The notes: generated by a model not told the origin, from the sequence alone. 44,857 bases of DNA from Bacillota bacterium (GCA_012518595.1 JAAYRV010000138.1:1-44857), one strand, 5' to 3'. Positions 27,045-37,111 are shown, counted from the stretch's first letter. Numbers and translations: made by a program.

Positions 27045-29741
27045 TCACTCCTTGAGCTCGTTTAGACGTTTCTTAAGCCTTTCCTCTTTTTCCCGGGATT
27101 CTGCTAGTTTCTCTCTTTCTTTCTCCACAATCTCTTCCTGTGCTTTTTCCAAGAATCCTCTATTGCTAAGCTTCTTCAGAGATCTGGAAGCTTGTGCCTG
27201 TGTGGCAATTAAGTCCTTCTCTAATTTCTGAATTTCAACATCAAGGTCAACAATTCCTACAAGCGGCACATATATTTCGGCACCGGATATGATTTGAGAT
27301 GCAGCCTTCTCCGGCCGCATGTCCAGGCGCTCTTTCACCGTCATACCGGAAAGTCCGGAAAGCGCTGTCACAATCTGGTCATTGTCCGTCAGTATCTTGC
27401 CGGTTGTGCTGTCAGCGACAATAATGACCTCGATTCTCTTATGCGGAGGCACATTCATTTCTGAACGGATGTTTCTAATAGCCCTGACTGTATCCATTAA
27501 GACGGCCATAGCATCCTCAGCCAAAGGATCGTCCATTCGGTCCTCAGGTGTAGGCCACGGGGCAACCATAACGCTTCCTTCGGTCTCAGGCAATAGACCC
27601 CATATAACCTCAGAGATAAAAGGAATGAACGGGTGGATGAGCCTCAGCGCACAACCGAGGGTCTCCCATAAAACGTACTGGGCTGTCTTCCGAGCTTTTA
27701 CATCACTCGAATACAGCCTTGTTTTTGCGATTTCAATGTACCAGTCGCAGAATTCGTCCCATATGAAATTATACAGGGTTCGAGCAGCCTCACCAATTTC
27801 GTAGTCCTTCAGGTTGCGTGAAACTTCTCTGGAAATTTTGTTGGTTCTGCTTCTTATCCACCTATCTGCCAGTGTTAAATCTAAGTCTATGTTTGAATCG
27901 CAAGACCGGCCGTCTGCAAATGAATCAAGGCAAAAGTCATCAAGATTCATGATAGTGAATCGTGACGCATTCCATAGCTTGTTCGCGAAGTTTCTGCTTG
28001 CCTCCAGCCTCTCTTTTCTGAATCTCATGTCATTACCCGGGGTATTACCCATAACCAGAGTAAACCTAAGCACGTCTGCCCCATATTCGTCAACTACCTC
28101 CAGGGGATCTATTCCTGTGCCAAGGGATTTACTCATCTTCTTGCCTGTTGACGCCCTCACCAATCCGTGAATCAACACGTCGTGAAACGGCACATCTCCC
28201 ATGAACTCCAGGCCCATCACTATCATTCTGGCCACCCAGAAGAAGATAATGTCATAGGCAGTCACAAGGACTGAAGTAGGGTAGAAATGCTTAAGATCAG
28301 GAGTCTCGTCAGGCCACCCCATAGTGGAAAACGGCCACAACGCAGAAGAAAACCAAGTGTCCAAAACATCCGGATCCTGGGTTAGAGCGGACCCTCCACA
28401 CTTCCTGCATTCAGAAGGTGCATCCAAAGATGCAATTACCTCACCGCACTCGTTGCAGTACCATACCGGAATCCTATGGCCCCACCAGAGTTGCCTTGAT
28501 ATGCACCAATCATGGACGTTTTCCATCCAATTGAGATAAACCTTCTCGAATCTCTCAGGCACGAACCTTATTTTACCTTCTTCGACAGCCCTGATTGCCG
28601 GTTCCGCAAGGGGTTTCATTTTCACAAACCACTGTTTCGAAACCAGAGGCTCGACAGCAGTACGGCACCTCTGACAATGTCCTACAGAGTGAGGTCGTTC
28701 CTCAATCCTTGCCAAGAGCCCTGAATCTTGCAGCCGAGATACTACTTGGTCACGGCATTTATACCTGTCCATGCCTTGGTACTTCCCTGCATTTTCCGTC
28801 ATTTGGCCATTCTCGTCAATAACCTTGACCAAAGGCAAAGAGTGCCTGAGACCGATCTCGAAGTCATTTGGATCATGTGCAGGCGTGACCTTCACAGCCC
28901 CTGTCCCGAATTCAGGGTCTGCCCATTCATCTGCAATAACCGGTATTTCCCTGTTCATAATCGGGAGGATTACACATCTGCCAATGACGTTCTTATACCG
29001 TTCATCACCGGGATTCACAGCAATTGCGGTATCACCCAGCATTGTCTCAGGACGTGTTGTGGCAACTTGCACATAGCCTTCTCCGTCGGAGAAAGGGTAA
29101 TTAATGTAATACAAGGCGCCTTCGGTCTCCTCATGTTCAACTTCAAGATCTGATAGAGACGTATGACACCTGGGACACCAATTCACAATGTAGGCACCTC
29201 TGTATATAAGCCCCTTCTCATAGAGACTTACGAAGACCCGGCGGACAGCTCTGGAAAGACCTTCATCCATTGTAAACCGTTCCCTGTGCCAATCACAGGA
29301 CGCGCCGAGCCGTTCAAGCTGCTTCCTGATTTCCCCGCCGTACTTGTGTTTCCATTCCCATACACGTTCTATGAACTCTTCCCGTCCTAAGTCATGCCTG
29401 GTCAAGCCTTCCTCTGCAAGGGCAGCCTCTACCTTGACCTGTGTGGCGATACCTGCATGGTCCGTTCCTGGAATCCATACAGTGTTGTGCCCGAGCATTC
29501 TATGCCACCTTACCAAAATATCTTGGAGAGCGTTATCAAGTGCATGCCCTATGTGCAAAGCCCCTGTAACATTCGGCGGCGGGATCACTATACAGAAAGG
29601 CTCTTCGGAAAGATCCGCCTCCTGATGAAAAAGTCCGGCACGAACCCATCTCTCATAAATCTTATCCTCGAATTCCAGAGGATTGTAAACCGTAGGCATA
29701 TCAATTGCCAAATTTTGAGTAGTCTTGTTGGGATCTCTCAT
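27045..29741 (-). CDS. valS: Valyl-tRNA synthetase
   Basis: PPPNVTG.LHIGH, DWCISRQLWWGH, KMSKS, C-terminal coiled coil; ATG 29741 after AAAGGAGG. Confidence 0.98.
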   Translation of the reverse strand: MRDPNKTTQNLAIDMPTVYNPLEFEDKIYERWVRAGLFHQEADLSEEPFCIVIPPPNVTGALHIGHALDNALQDILVRWHRMLGHNTVWIPGTDHAGIATQVKVEAALAEEGLTRHDLGREEFIERVWEWKHKYGGEIRKQLERLGASCDWHRERFTMDEGLSRAVRRVFVSLYEKGLIYRGAYIVNWCPRCHTSLSDLEVEHEETEGALYYINYPFSDGEGYVQVATTRPETMLGDTAIAVNPGDERYKNVIGRCVILPIMNREIPVIADEWADPEFGTGAVKVTPAHDPNDFEIGLRHSLPLVKVIDENGQMTENAGKYQGMDRYKCRDQVVSRLQDSGLLARIEERPHSVGHCQRCRTAVEPLVSKQWFVKMKPLAEPAIRAVEEGKIRFVPERFEKVYLNWMENVHDWCISRQLWWGHRIPVWYCNECGEVIASLDAPSECRKCGGSALTQDPDVLDTWFSSALWPFSTMGWPDETPDLKHFYPTSVLVTAYDIIFFWVARMIVMGLEFMGDVPFHDVLIHGLVRASTGKKMSKSLGTGIDPLEVVDEYGADVLRFTLVMGNTPGNDMRFRKERLEASRNFANKLWNASRFTIMNLDDFCLDSFADGRSCDSNIDLDLTLADRWIRSRTNKISREVSRNLKDYEIGEAARTLYNFIWDEFCDWYIEIAKTRLYSSDVKARKTAQYVLWETLGCALRLIHPFIPFISEVIWGLLPETEGSVMVAPWPTPEDRMDDPLAEDAMAVLMDTVRAIRNIRSEMNVPPHKRIEVIIVADSTTGKILTDNDQIVTALSGLSGMTVKERLDMRPEKAASQIISGAEIYVPLVGIVDLDVEIQKLEKDLIATQAQASRSLKKLSNRGFLEKAQEEIVEKEREKLAESREKEERLKKRLNELKE

Positions 29742-29765
29742 AGCCTCTTGTCCTCCTTTCACACA

Positions 29766-29835
29766 CTAAGTATGAGTTCATTGTACGGTACGTACACTTT
29801 CTGGAACCGGCGATCACTTATGGTGATCTACCTAG
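29766..29835. repeat. Dispersed MITE/REP-like element, minimal copy (70 bp)
   Basis: First 17 nt identical to 15334-15350; last 53 nt match the right end of the long copy at 44/53. Confidence 0.85.
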
Positions 29836-29863
29836 TCCTTCTTGCCACGATCTTCTCTACCAA

Positions 29864-30160
29864 TCACAAAGGCCCCTTCCGCCACATCAAGGGCGAAAGG
29901 AGCCTGCTTCCGCGGTACCACCTTGTTTCCCGTAGGTCATGGGAGTGTCTTTGCGACAGACACTACGAGCTCTCATCAGGCTGTAACGGGCCTCCCGTCA
30001 ACATCTACTGAAGATGCGAAGACAGTCTTCGATCTTGTTGGATATTGACTCTCAGAAGCGACCTTCGAAGTGCGCCATTCCCAGGAGGCTCCCACCCCAA
30101 GACTGCCTCCCTCTCTTCGGGCAGCGTCACCCTACTCCTCTTCATCATAGAATCTACTCT
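29864..30160 (-). ncRNA. T-box riboswitch leader of valS
   Basis: T-box AAGGTGGTACCGCG (29911-29924), AGAGAG and GGTGGGA stem I motifs, putative specifier GUC (Val) at 30060-30062, terminator stem 29871-29904; boundaries approximate. Confidence 0.92.
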
Positions 30161-30183
30161 TATTGAAGCATTCAATTGTGGAT

Positions 30184-30212
30184 ATGATACCCCAGACTAT
30201 ACTATGCGTCAA
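30184..30212 (-). promoter_or_regulatory. Sigma-A promoter of the valS leader
   Basis: TTGACG-N17-TATCAT. Confidence 0.7.
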
Positions 30213-30259
30213 GTAAGCGACGCGCTACGCAAGGATACAAACCACTGAAGACCGTTGCC

Positions 30260-30883
30260 CTATTTTATGTGAGTGACAATATCTTTATACATCTTGATAC
30301 GAGCAGCCAGACCTTCCAGGCCCCCCATTTTCTCCTCTTTGAGGATCTGGGACACTCCATGGAGTTCAACTCGCTTAACCTTGGCATGGTGCTTCTCAAG
30401 GTGCTTATTCAGCATGACCTCAACGCCGTACCCTGATTCCTCAATACTGGGAAGGGTCTTGAGCAATGACGCCTTCACTGCACGCTGGCCCGAAAGTCCC
30501 GGAGTCATCTTGTGGGCAAGATCCGTAGTAGGCCTGCCTCCGCCAAAAACCCCCAAAGTCGCGTCTGATTCACCCTCTGTAACAGGACGAATCAAACTGT
30601 CCACATGATCCGGGGTCAACCCCACCAGATCCGCGTCGATGAACACGTAAACCTCAGCGTCTGTAGAACACACACCGGCCTTCATCGCTGCTCCCTTTCC
30701 TTGATTCTCAGGAAGCACTACAACGTTCACTCCCTCAGAATGTGCCATTTCAACTGTGTTATCTGTGGAGCCGTCGCTTACCACAATGATCTCCGAAGGC
30801 AAGCTGGCGTTCTTTACAGCAGAAATTACTCTCTTAATGCGAGCGCCTTCGTTATAGGCAGGTATTATTACGGATACTTTCAC
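30260..30883 (-). CDS. Glycosyltransferase family 2
   Basis: SVIIPAYNE, SDGSTD, NQGKG, FIDAD, SGQRA; start GTG 30883 or TTG 30901. Confidence 0.88.
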   Translation of the reverse strand: MKVSVIIPAYNEGARIKRVISAVKNASLPSEIIVVSDGSTDNTVEMAHSEGVNVVVLPENQGKGAAMKAGVCSTDAEVYVFIDADLVGLTPDHVDSLIRPVTEGESDATLGVFGGGRPTTDLAHKMTPGLSGQRAVKASLLKTLPSIEESGYGVEVMLNKHLEKHHAKVKRVELHGVSQILKEEKMGGLEGLAARIKMYKDIVTHIK

Positions 30884-31997
30884 TTGAATCCAACTCCCCA
30901 AAAGACTTCAAAGGATTTTTTTCTTCAGTTTTTTGTTTTCCGACTCGTATAGCTTCTTCCACCAATCTTGGCACAATGTCCAGAGAGGAAACTCGTCCTA
31001 TAGGGCGGCCCTCTCGGAAAATCAATCCTGATTTCTCGCCCAGCGCCACCCCGACATCTGCTTCCCGTGCCTCCCCTGGACCGTTAACTTCACATCCCAT
31101 TACAGCAACTTTGATTGGAAACCTGAACCCCTTAAGCCTTTCCTCCACATCTTCCAGAATTTTCATAAGATCCCCGCGGCAACGCCCACAAGTAGGGCAT
31201 GATATTATTTCTACACCGTCTGTCTGAACTCCTATAGCGGAGAGTAGGGCAATTCCCACTTTTACTTCTTCCTCAGGCTCGTGCGTGAGGGATACACGGA
31301 TTGTATCGCCTATACCTTCCATAAGCAATGTTCCAAGGGCAATTGAAGACTTTACCGTACCTGCCCTTACTCCGCCGGCTTCAGTAACGCCTAAGTGAAG
31401 CGGGAAATCACATAACCCGGCCAATGCTCGGTAAGCCCGGATTGTAGTCATAACATCTGATGCCTTCAGTGAAACTACTATATCCTCAAAACCTTCATCC
31501 ACAAGGAGAGATATGCTCCTCTTGGCGCTTTCAACCAAAGCCTCCCACGTAGGCCCTGAGTGCTTTGACAGCAAATCTTTGGGTATGGAGCCGGAATTGA
31601 CCCCGACCCTTATGGGAATTCCGCGTTCCTTCGCAGCTTCCGCCACTTTGGCAACTCGATCCCTACCTCCGATATTGCCTGGATTTATCCTTAGTTTATC
31701 AGCGCCTGCCGTCGCAGCAGCCACAGCTAACCTATAGTCAAAATGAATATCCGCCACCAAGGGAAGGGCAGACCCCCTCTTAATTTCGCAAAAAGCCTTA
31801 GCTGACTCCATATCAGGGACAGCGCACCTTACTATGTCACAGCCTACGTCTTTTAGTCTTGATATCTGAGATAGGGTTGCCTCTACATCTCCGGTATCAG
31901 TCTTCGTCATTGACTGAACTGAGATACGAGCGTCCCCTCCTATGGCTACATCTCCCACCTTAACCTGTCTGGTTTTCCGCCTTGCAACCTGCAGCAA
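30852..31997 (-). CDS. ispG: HMBPP synthase IspG
   Basis: VQSMT, ADIHF, RINPGN, GVNSGS, GIGDTIRVSL, SCPTCGR, VMGCEVNGPGE; TTG 31997 after GGAGGGG. Confidence 0.97.
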   Translation of the reverse strand: MLQVARRKTRQVKVGDVAIGGDARISVQSMTKTDTGDVEATLSQISRLKDVGCDIVRCAVPDMESAKAFCEIKRGSALPLVADIHFDYRLAVAAATAGADKLRINPGNIGGRDRVAKVAEAAKERGIPIRVGVNSGSIPKDLLSKHSGPTWEALVESAKRSISLLVDEGFEDIVVSLKASDVMTTIRAYRALAGLCDFPLHLGVTEAGGVRAGTVKSSIALGTLLMEGIGDTIRVSLTHEPEEEVKVGIALLSAIGVQTDGVEIISCPTCGRCRGDLMKILEDVEERLKGFRFPIKVAVMGCEVNGPGEAREADVGVALGEKSGLIFREGRPIGRVSSLDIVPRLVEEAIRVGKQKTEEKNPLKSFGELDSSESIRNNTCL

Positions 31998-32017
31998 GCA
32001 TAACCCCTCCCTGGAAC

Positions 32018-33076
32018 TCAGCCTCCGAGCGCTCCTAGCCTGGCAATATCTGAAAATGTGGCAAATACTATTAAGAGTCCGAGGATAGCCATACCAATCA
32101 TGCGAGCAAACGCCTCCTGCTCGACGCTCAGAGGCTTCCTGCGTATAGCCTCGATCAACAGGAGCACAATCCACCCTCCGTCAAGGACAGGTATCGGTAA
32201 AAGGTTTAGGAGTCCAAGATTCACATTGAGCAGCGCTGCAAGATAGAGAACATTGATAAAACCCAGCTTCGCAGTCTGTCCCACTGCCTGAGCTATTCCT
32301 ATGGGGCCTGCTACATCAGGCTTTACCTTCCCTGTGACCATTCTCCCGATGGTAAGAAGGAGATTCTTTGACAGGCTCTTGGTGAAGCTTGCGCCTCGAC
32401 TTACACATTCAAAGAAACCTCGACGCGTCCATGTCTCTGAAAGCATTACCCCTATGACACCGCCGCGTGTACCAGGATCTATCTCAGGAGTCACTACCCG
32501 CTCAATTCTGACGCCGTCCCGTTCAATTGTAAAGGTCAATTGGCGCCCGGGATTCTGCCAAATCCTGTCCTTCACATCAGCAATCGTGTCAGTGCGGGTG
32601 TCGTCGATGGAAATAATTCTGTCACCTGCCATTATGCCTCCGCGCCACGCAGGCGTGTCAGGGTATACCTGTTCAATCACGGCTGAAGGCACACCCACTT
32701 GCACAAAGACTATGGCGAACAAAATGAATGCCACAATGAAATTCATGAAAGGGCCTGCAAGAATAGTGAGAATCCTGAGGATAACAGGCTTTGACCGAAA
32801 ACTTCTGGGGTCTTCATCATCAACGTCATCAGCAGGATCAGCAGGTTCATCCAGCCCTGCAAATTTCACAAAGGCTCCAAGGGGAAGGATTCTTATGGAG
32901 TACACAGTCTCTCCAGGCGCAAATTGCCGAATACTAGGGCCGAAACCCAGACTGAATTCGTACACCCGAACCCCGCAAGCTTTGCCCACAATGAAATGCC
33001 CAAATTCGTGGGACAAGGCGAATGTGAGAAATACGAAGACAAAAGCGACAAGTATCATAAGTGCCGAACCAAGCAC
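32018..33076 (-). CDS. rseP: Site-2 (M50) intramembrane protease with PDZ domain
   Basis: HEFGH, AGPFMN, PDZ, NLLPIPVLDGG. Confidence 0.95.
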   Translation of the reverse strand: MLGSALMILVAFVFVFLTFALSHEFGHFIVGKACGVRVYEFSLGFGPSIRQFAPGETVYSIRILPLGAFVKFAGLDEPADPADDVDDEDPRSFRSKPVILRILTILAGPFMNFIVAFILFAIVFVQVGVPSAVIEQVYPDTPAWRGGIMAGDRIISIDDTRTDTIADVKDRIWQNPGRQLTFTIERDGVRIERVVTPEIDPGTRGGVIGVMLSETWTRRGFFECVSRGASFTKSLSKNLLLTIGRMVTGKVKPDVAGPIGIAQAVGQTAKLGFINVLYLAALLNVNLGLLNLLPIPVLDGGWIVLLLIEAIRRKPLSVEQEAFARMIGMAILGLLIVFATFSDIARLGALGG

Positions 33077-33080
33077 AGAA

Positions 33081-34244
33081 TCATCTCCCTATCCTTCCAG
33101 CTTGCTTGCGAACGTATTCTCTGGCCCAGAGGTCAGCAGTGAGCACTTGGTCCAAGGAGGATCCGTCCAGAGTTTCGTGGCTTAGCATAGCCTCTTCCAC
33201 AAGCCTGGCAATATCACAAAACCCAATCTGTCCTGACATGAATAAGCCTACTGCTTCTTCATTAGCTGAGTTCAAAACACAGGGAAGAGTGCCTCCCGCC
33301 CGTAGCGCCTCATAACCGAGACGAAGAGCCGAAAACCTCTGTAAATCAGGCTCCTCGAACGTGAGGGTTCCTACCTCTGTAAGGTCAATCTTATCACAAA
33401 ATCCCCGAGCCCGATTGGGAAAGCAGAGAGCGTATTGAATCGCAAGTCTCATATCCTGTGAGCCGAGCTGAGCTAAGATCGACCCGTCAATAAACTCTAC
33501 CATGGAGTGAACAATGCTTTGCCTATGGATCACTGCATGAATCTTATGAGAATCCATCCCAAAGAGCCACCTTGCTTCTATGAGTTCAAGAGCCTTATTC
33601 ATGAGCGTCGCAGAGTCTATTGTAACCTTTGCGCCCATGGACCACGTAGGATGACGAAGAGCCTCCTCTACCGTGACAGCCTCCATTTCTTCTTTGGATA
33701 AGTCGACAAAAGGACCGCCTGAAGCAGTGAGAATCAGTCTTCTCACACTCGTTATATCGTGCCCTCTAAGACATTGGAATATCGCAGAGTGTTCACTGTC
33801 TACAGGCAGGATTTCCATCCCATACCGAGACGCCTTATCCATTACTATTTGTCCCGCTGCAACCAGCGCTTCCTTAGTAGCAAGGGCGATGGTCTTTCCA
33901 CTCTCAATAGCTCGAATCGTCGGCATAAGGCCGTCTATTCCAACGATGGCACAGACAGCAAGGTCTGCTGTGGTACAGGATGCGACGGTAGAAGCTGCAT
34001 CCTCCCCTGACACAATCTCCACATCAAGATCTCTGACTCGGTCTCTAAACAGTCCGGCAGCACCGGGATGAGCTATTCCCACAATTTGAGGACGCCAAGT
34101 TCTTACCTGCTTTTCCAGGACATCTATGTTCCTGCCTGCTGCAAGCCCTACTATCTTAATATCACTTCGGTGCCACTTGGCCACCTCAAGAGTCTGCGTT
34201 CCAATAGACCCTGTAGAGCCTAACACTACAATAGACCGGGCCAC
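33081..34244 (-). CDS. dxr: 1-deoxy-D-xylulose 5-phosphate reductoisomerase
   Basis: LGSTGSIG, LPVDSEHSAIFQ, TASGGPF, HPTWSMG, DSATLMNK; GTG 34244 after AGGAGG. Confidence 0.97.
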   Translation of the reverse strand: MARSIVVLGSTGSIGTQTLEVAKWHRSDIKIVGLAAGRNIDVLEKQVRTWRPQIVGIAHPGAAGLFRDRVRDLDVEIVSGEDAASTVASCTTADLAVCAIVGIDGLMPTIRAIESGKTIALATKEALVAAGQIVMDKASRYGMEILPVDSEHSAIFQCLRGHDITSVRRLILTASGGPFVDLSKEEMEAVTVEEALRHPTWSMGAKVTIDSATLMNKALELIEARWLFGMDSHKIHAVIHRQSIVHSMVEFIDGSILAQLGSQDMRLAIQYALCFPNRARGFCDKIDLTEVGTLTFEEPDLQRFSALRLGYEALRAGGTLPCVLNSANEEAVGLFMSGQIGFCDIARLVEEAMLSHETLDGSSLDQVLTADLWAREYVRKQAGRIGR

Positions 34245-34255
34245 TAAGTCCCCTC

Positions 34256-34358
34256 CTAAATATCGGCTCATTAATTTTCGCTCGTTCTCCGAGGTCACGG
34301 GTTGCCCCCGCACGGTATGCTTTCCGGAACCGATGATTGCTTATGGCGATCTACTTAG
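34256..34358. repeat. Dispersed MITE/REP-like element, intermediate copy (103 bp)
   Basis: Matches both ends of the long copy but lacks its internal stem-loop insert; ends CTAAATA...TACTTAG. Confidence 0.82.
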
Positions 34359-35401
34359 TCCCTAGGCCATGAAGGCAATATTTCTACTGCAACCATGACT
34401 TTCAAGATAACTGCAAAAAGCGGACCGATGAACATTCCAATAGCGCCAAGCAATCTATACCCAAGGTACATAGATACAAGCACCACAAGAGGATGAATTC
34501 CCAAATTACTCCCAAGAACTCTTGGCTCAATGCCTTTACGGACAAAAAATTGAATCGCCATGAGAACCGCAATTACTATGGCTTGGTAGAACTGTCCTAC
34601 TACAAGATGAAAGATAATCATGGGCACATACAGCAGTCCGGGTCCAACTAACGGAATAAGGTCTAAGATACCTGCAATGATACCAAGAATCCAAGCATAT
34701 CTGATTTTTGCAACTGTAAAACCTACTATGCTTACAGCAACTGTTACGCTAATCAGAATGAGATAAGCCCTAATGAATCCCAAGCATGCTGAGATTAGCC
34801 CTGCCTTTGCCCGCTCAGCCCTACCCCGCCATTTTGCGGGCGCAAGATTTGCCAGGAACTCTGAGATCTCTTTCTTGTCACGGCTGATGAAAAATGCGGC
34901 GAAGAAGCTGACAATCACATTAATACTATATCGTGGGAAACTCATGACAACGCCGGTGACACCCAGAAGAAACCCCTCAAGACCTGCATATAGTCGGGAT
35001 TGGGTTCTCCTCACCGCCTCAATTACAGAATCAGGTAGGTCTTCAGCTACGTTTTTCATCTGCGAAATAATTTTACCCAGGATTTCTTCAAAGTTCATAT
35101 TATAAATGGGCAAAGCGCGGTAGAGGTCTTGCGCTTCAGAGACTATCCGGACAATTGCCAAGGCAATAATAACTGACAGCAAAACGAATACAAGCACGAG
35201 ACAAATAAATGTACATATCCCCCTCTTTAAACGATAGCGCCTTGAGAGTAGTTCCACAATGGGCTCAATAATAGCTGCCAGGATAAGAGCAGCGATAAAT
35301 GGGGCAAAAAGAGACAATACATACCTGGCCACTAGGTAGCATACAACAAAAACAGCGCTCCATATAAGAACATATTGCCAATCCCGAGATATTTTTTCCA
35401 C
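34355..35401 (-). CDS. ytvI: YtvI-like AI-2E family membrane protein
   Basis: PFIAALILA..IEP.V, FFISRD, DLIPLVGPG, EPRVLG..LGIHP, GP. Confidence 0.85.
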   Translation of the reverse strand: MEKISRDWQYVLIWSAVFVVCYLVARYVLSLFAPFIAALILAAIIEPIVELLSRRYRLKRGICTFICLVLVFVLLSVIIALAIVRIVSEAQDLYRALPIYNMNFEEILGKIISQMKNVAEDLPDSVIEAVRRTQSRLYAGLEGFLLGVTGVVMSFPRYSINVIVSFFAAFFISRDKKEISEFLANLAPAKWRGRAERAKAGLISACLGFIRAYLILISVTVAVSIVGFTVAKIRYAWILGIIAGILDLIPLVGPGLLYVPMIIFHLVVGQFYQAIVIAVLMAIQFFVRKGIEPRVLGSNLGIHPLVVLVSMYLGYRLLGAIGMFIGPLFAVILKVMVAVEILPSWPRD

Positions 35402-35437
35402 GGCCTCTACCTCAAATGACGCAAAAGCGTAACTTAA

Positions 35438-36253
35438 TCAGGAAAGAAACAACTTTACATAATAGTACACTACAGGAATAGCCAGAAGCAAGCTGTCAAG
35501 TCTGTCTAAAACTCCACCATGGCCAGGCATGAAGTTTCCTGAGTCCTTAACCTCTGCGCTTCGCTTAAATGTCGATTCTGCCAAATCGCCCATTTGTCCG
35601 GAAATTGACGTTATCACAGCGAGGGTAATACTATGACTCACACCAAGATGAGGCCACCACATTAAGGAAGCGCCAAGCCACCTCAAAATAATGCCTGTTA
35701 CGACACCACAAGCCAGACCTATGACCGCTCCTTCCCAAGTCTTATTCGGGCTTACCCTAGGCGCCAGCTTACGCTTGCCAAAGGCTCTTCCGCCATAATA
35801 CGCGCCTGTATCAGTAGCCCACACAGTAAGAATAGCTAATAAGAGGTACCCAAACCCGGCCTGCTCTCCGCCGGTATAACGCAGCATGAAAGCGGCTGCC
35901 ATGGGCAGACCTACATAAACCGATCCAAAAAGCGTTATTGCAGAATTGGCAATTGAGTTCCGGCCTCCGAAAACCAGTGTCTGACATGTCAAACTCATTA
36001 GGACAATGGCAGTCACAACAAGACCTACGGTCTGCTGTAAACCCAAATAGCCGAAAACTACAAAGGCAATTACACCGAGCACTCCCACCGGCTCCAAAGG
36101 ACCATAACCCGAGAATTGAGCCAATTTGTAGAACTCTCTGACAGCCAATATCCCGAACATAAGCAAGGTCACAGCTAAATAGGCTCTGCCCAAAACTATG
36201 ACTAAGAGTGCAAGGGGTATGGCAACAAGCGCACTTGCGACTCTCTGGTTCAA
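35438..36253 (-). CDS. cdsA: Phosphatidate cytidylyltransferase
   Basis: DTGAY, SPNKTWEG, GDLAES.FKR...VKDSG..MPGHGG.LDRLD. Confidence 0.96.
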   Translation of the reverse strand: MNQRVASALVAIPLALLVIVLGRAYLAVTLLMFGILAVREFYKLAQFSGYGPLEPVGVLGVIAFVVFGYLGLQQTVGLVVTAIVLMSLTCQTLVFGGRNSIANSAITLFGSVYVGLPMAAAFMLRYTGGEQAGFGYLLLAILTVWATDTGAYYGGRAFGKRKLAPRVSPNKTWEGAVIGLACGVVTGIILRWLGASLMWWPHLGVSHSITLAVITSISGQMGDLAESTFKRSAEVKDSGNFMPGHGGVLDRLDSLLLAIPVVYYYVKLFLS

Positions 36254-36280
36254 GTCAGAACCCTCCTCTCGCCAGGGAGA

Positions 36281-37111
36281 TCAAGAGAACTTCCGGAGAC
36301 TGCCGAATCTTCGATCTCTCTTCTGATACTCCGATATTGCCAAAAGCAGATCCCGTCCGGAAAAATCCGGCCAAAGCACTGGGGTAACTACCAGTTCGGC
36401 ATAGGCTGACTGCCAGATGAGGAAGTTGGATATCCTCATCTCTCCCCCGGTTCGGATTACAAGGTCAGGATCAGGAACACCTGCAGTATCCAGGTGAGAG
36501 CTCACATGCTCCTCACGAATATCCTCGGGTTTGATCTCACCTAGAAGTGCCTTCTTGGCAAGTTCTTCGGCAGCTCTTCTTATTTCGTCACGGCCGCCGT
36601 AGTCTATGGCAAGATTCACAAGGATTCTAGCGTTTGTTCGAGTTCTCTCTTCAACTCTGATTATCGCACGAAGCACATGCTGTGGCAATCTGTCCCTACG
36701 CCCGATGACTCTGATCTTCGCCCCATAATCAACCAAGTCCTGTAATCTTCTCTCGAACATTTCCACAAGAAGGTTCATGAGACCCTCAACTTCGTCTCTG
36801 GGTCTTCTCCAGTTCTCAGTGGAAAATACGTAGAGTGTCATATGCTTTATTCCGATATCCTGGGCGAATTTGACGATCTCTTCTGCTTTCCTACCGCCTT
36901 CCGAATGGCCTGACAGCCGCGGAAGGCCTTGCCTTCGGGCCCATCTTCCGTTGCCATCCATGATTATGGCAATATGCAGAGGGAGTTTAGCCTGGAGGAC
37001 TTGCGTCTTCAGAAAGTCAATGTCCTTCTCATCATCACCAAGACGTCCTGCGGCGCCTGGAAATAAGCGAAAAAGGGCCTTCCTAAGCACTTCTCCGTCA
37101 TCAACCTCCAT
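36281..37111 (-). CDS. uppS: Undecaprenyl diphosphate synthase
   Basis: HIAIIMDGNGRWA, FSTENW.R, YGGR, IRTGGEMRISNF; start uncertain. Confidence 0.96.
   Translation of the reverse strand: MEVDDGEVLRKALFRLFPGAAGRLGDDEKDIDFLKTQVLQAKLPLHIAIIMDGNGRWARRQGLPRLSGHSEGGRKAEEIVKFAQDIGIKHMTLYVFSTENWRRPRDEVEGLMNLLVEMFERRLQDLVDYGAKIRVIGRRDRLPQHVLRAIIRVEERTRTNARILVNLAIDYGGRDEIRRAAEELAKKALLGEIKPEDIREEHVSSHLDTAGVPDPDLVIRTGGEMRISNFLIWQSAYAELVVTPVLWPDFSGRDLLLAISEYQKRDRRFGSLRKFS

Noticed and set aside
32301-33185. 294-aa plus-strand ORF, and similar ORFs at 8990-9631, 12176-12760, 13917-14468 and 29394-30011
   Set aside because: Antisense to well-supported genes; composition typical of shadow frames
34245-34313. 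N-terminal extension of Dxr in the ORF track (also long starts for ispG, rpsB, the GerB subunit, rseC and the HndB-like gene)
   Set aside because: Extensions run through the repeat, leaders or upstream genes; better RBS-start pairs lie downstream
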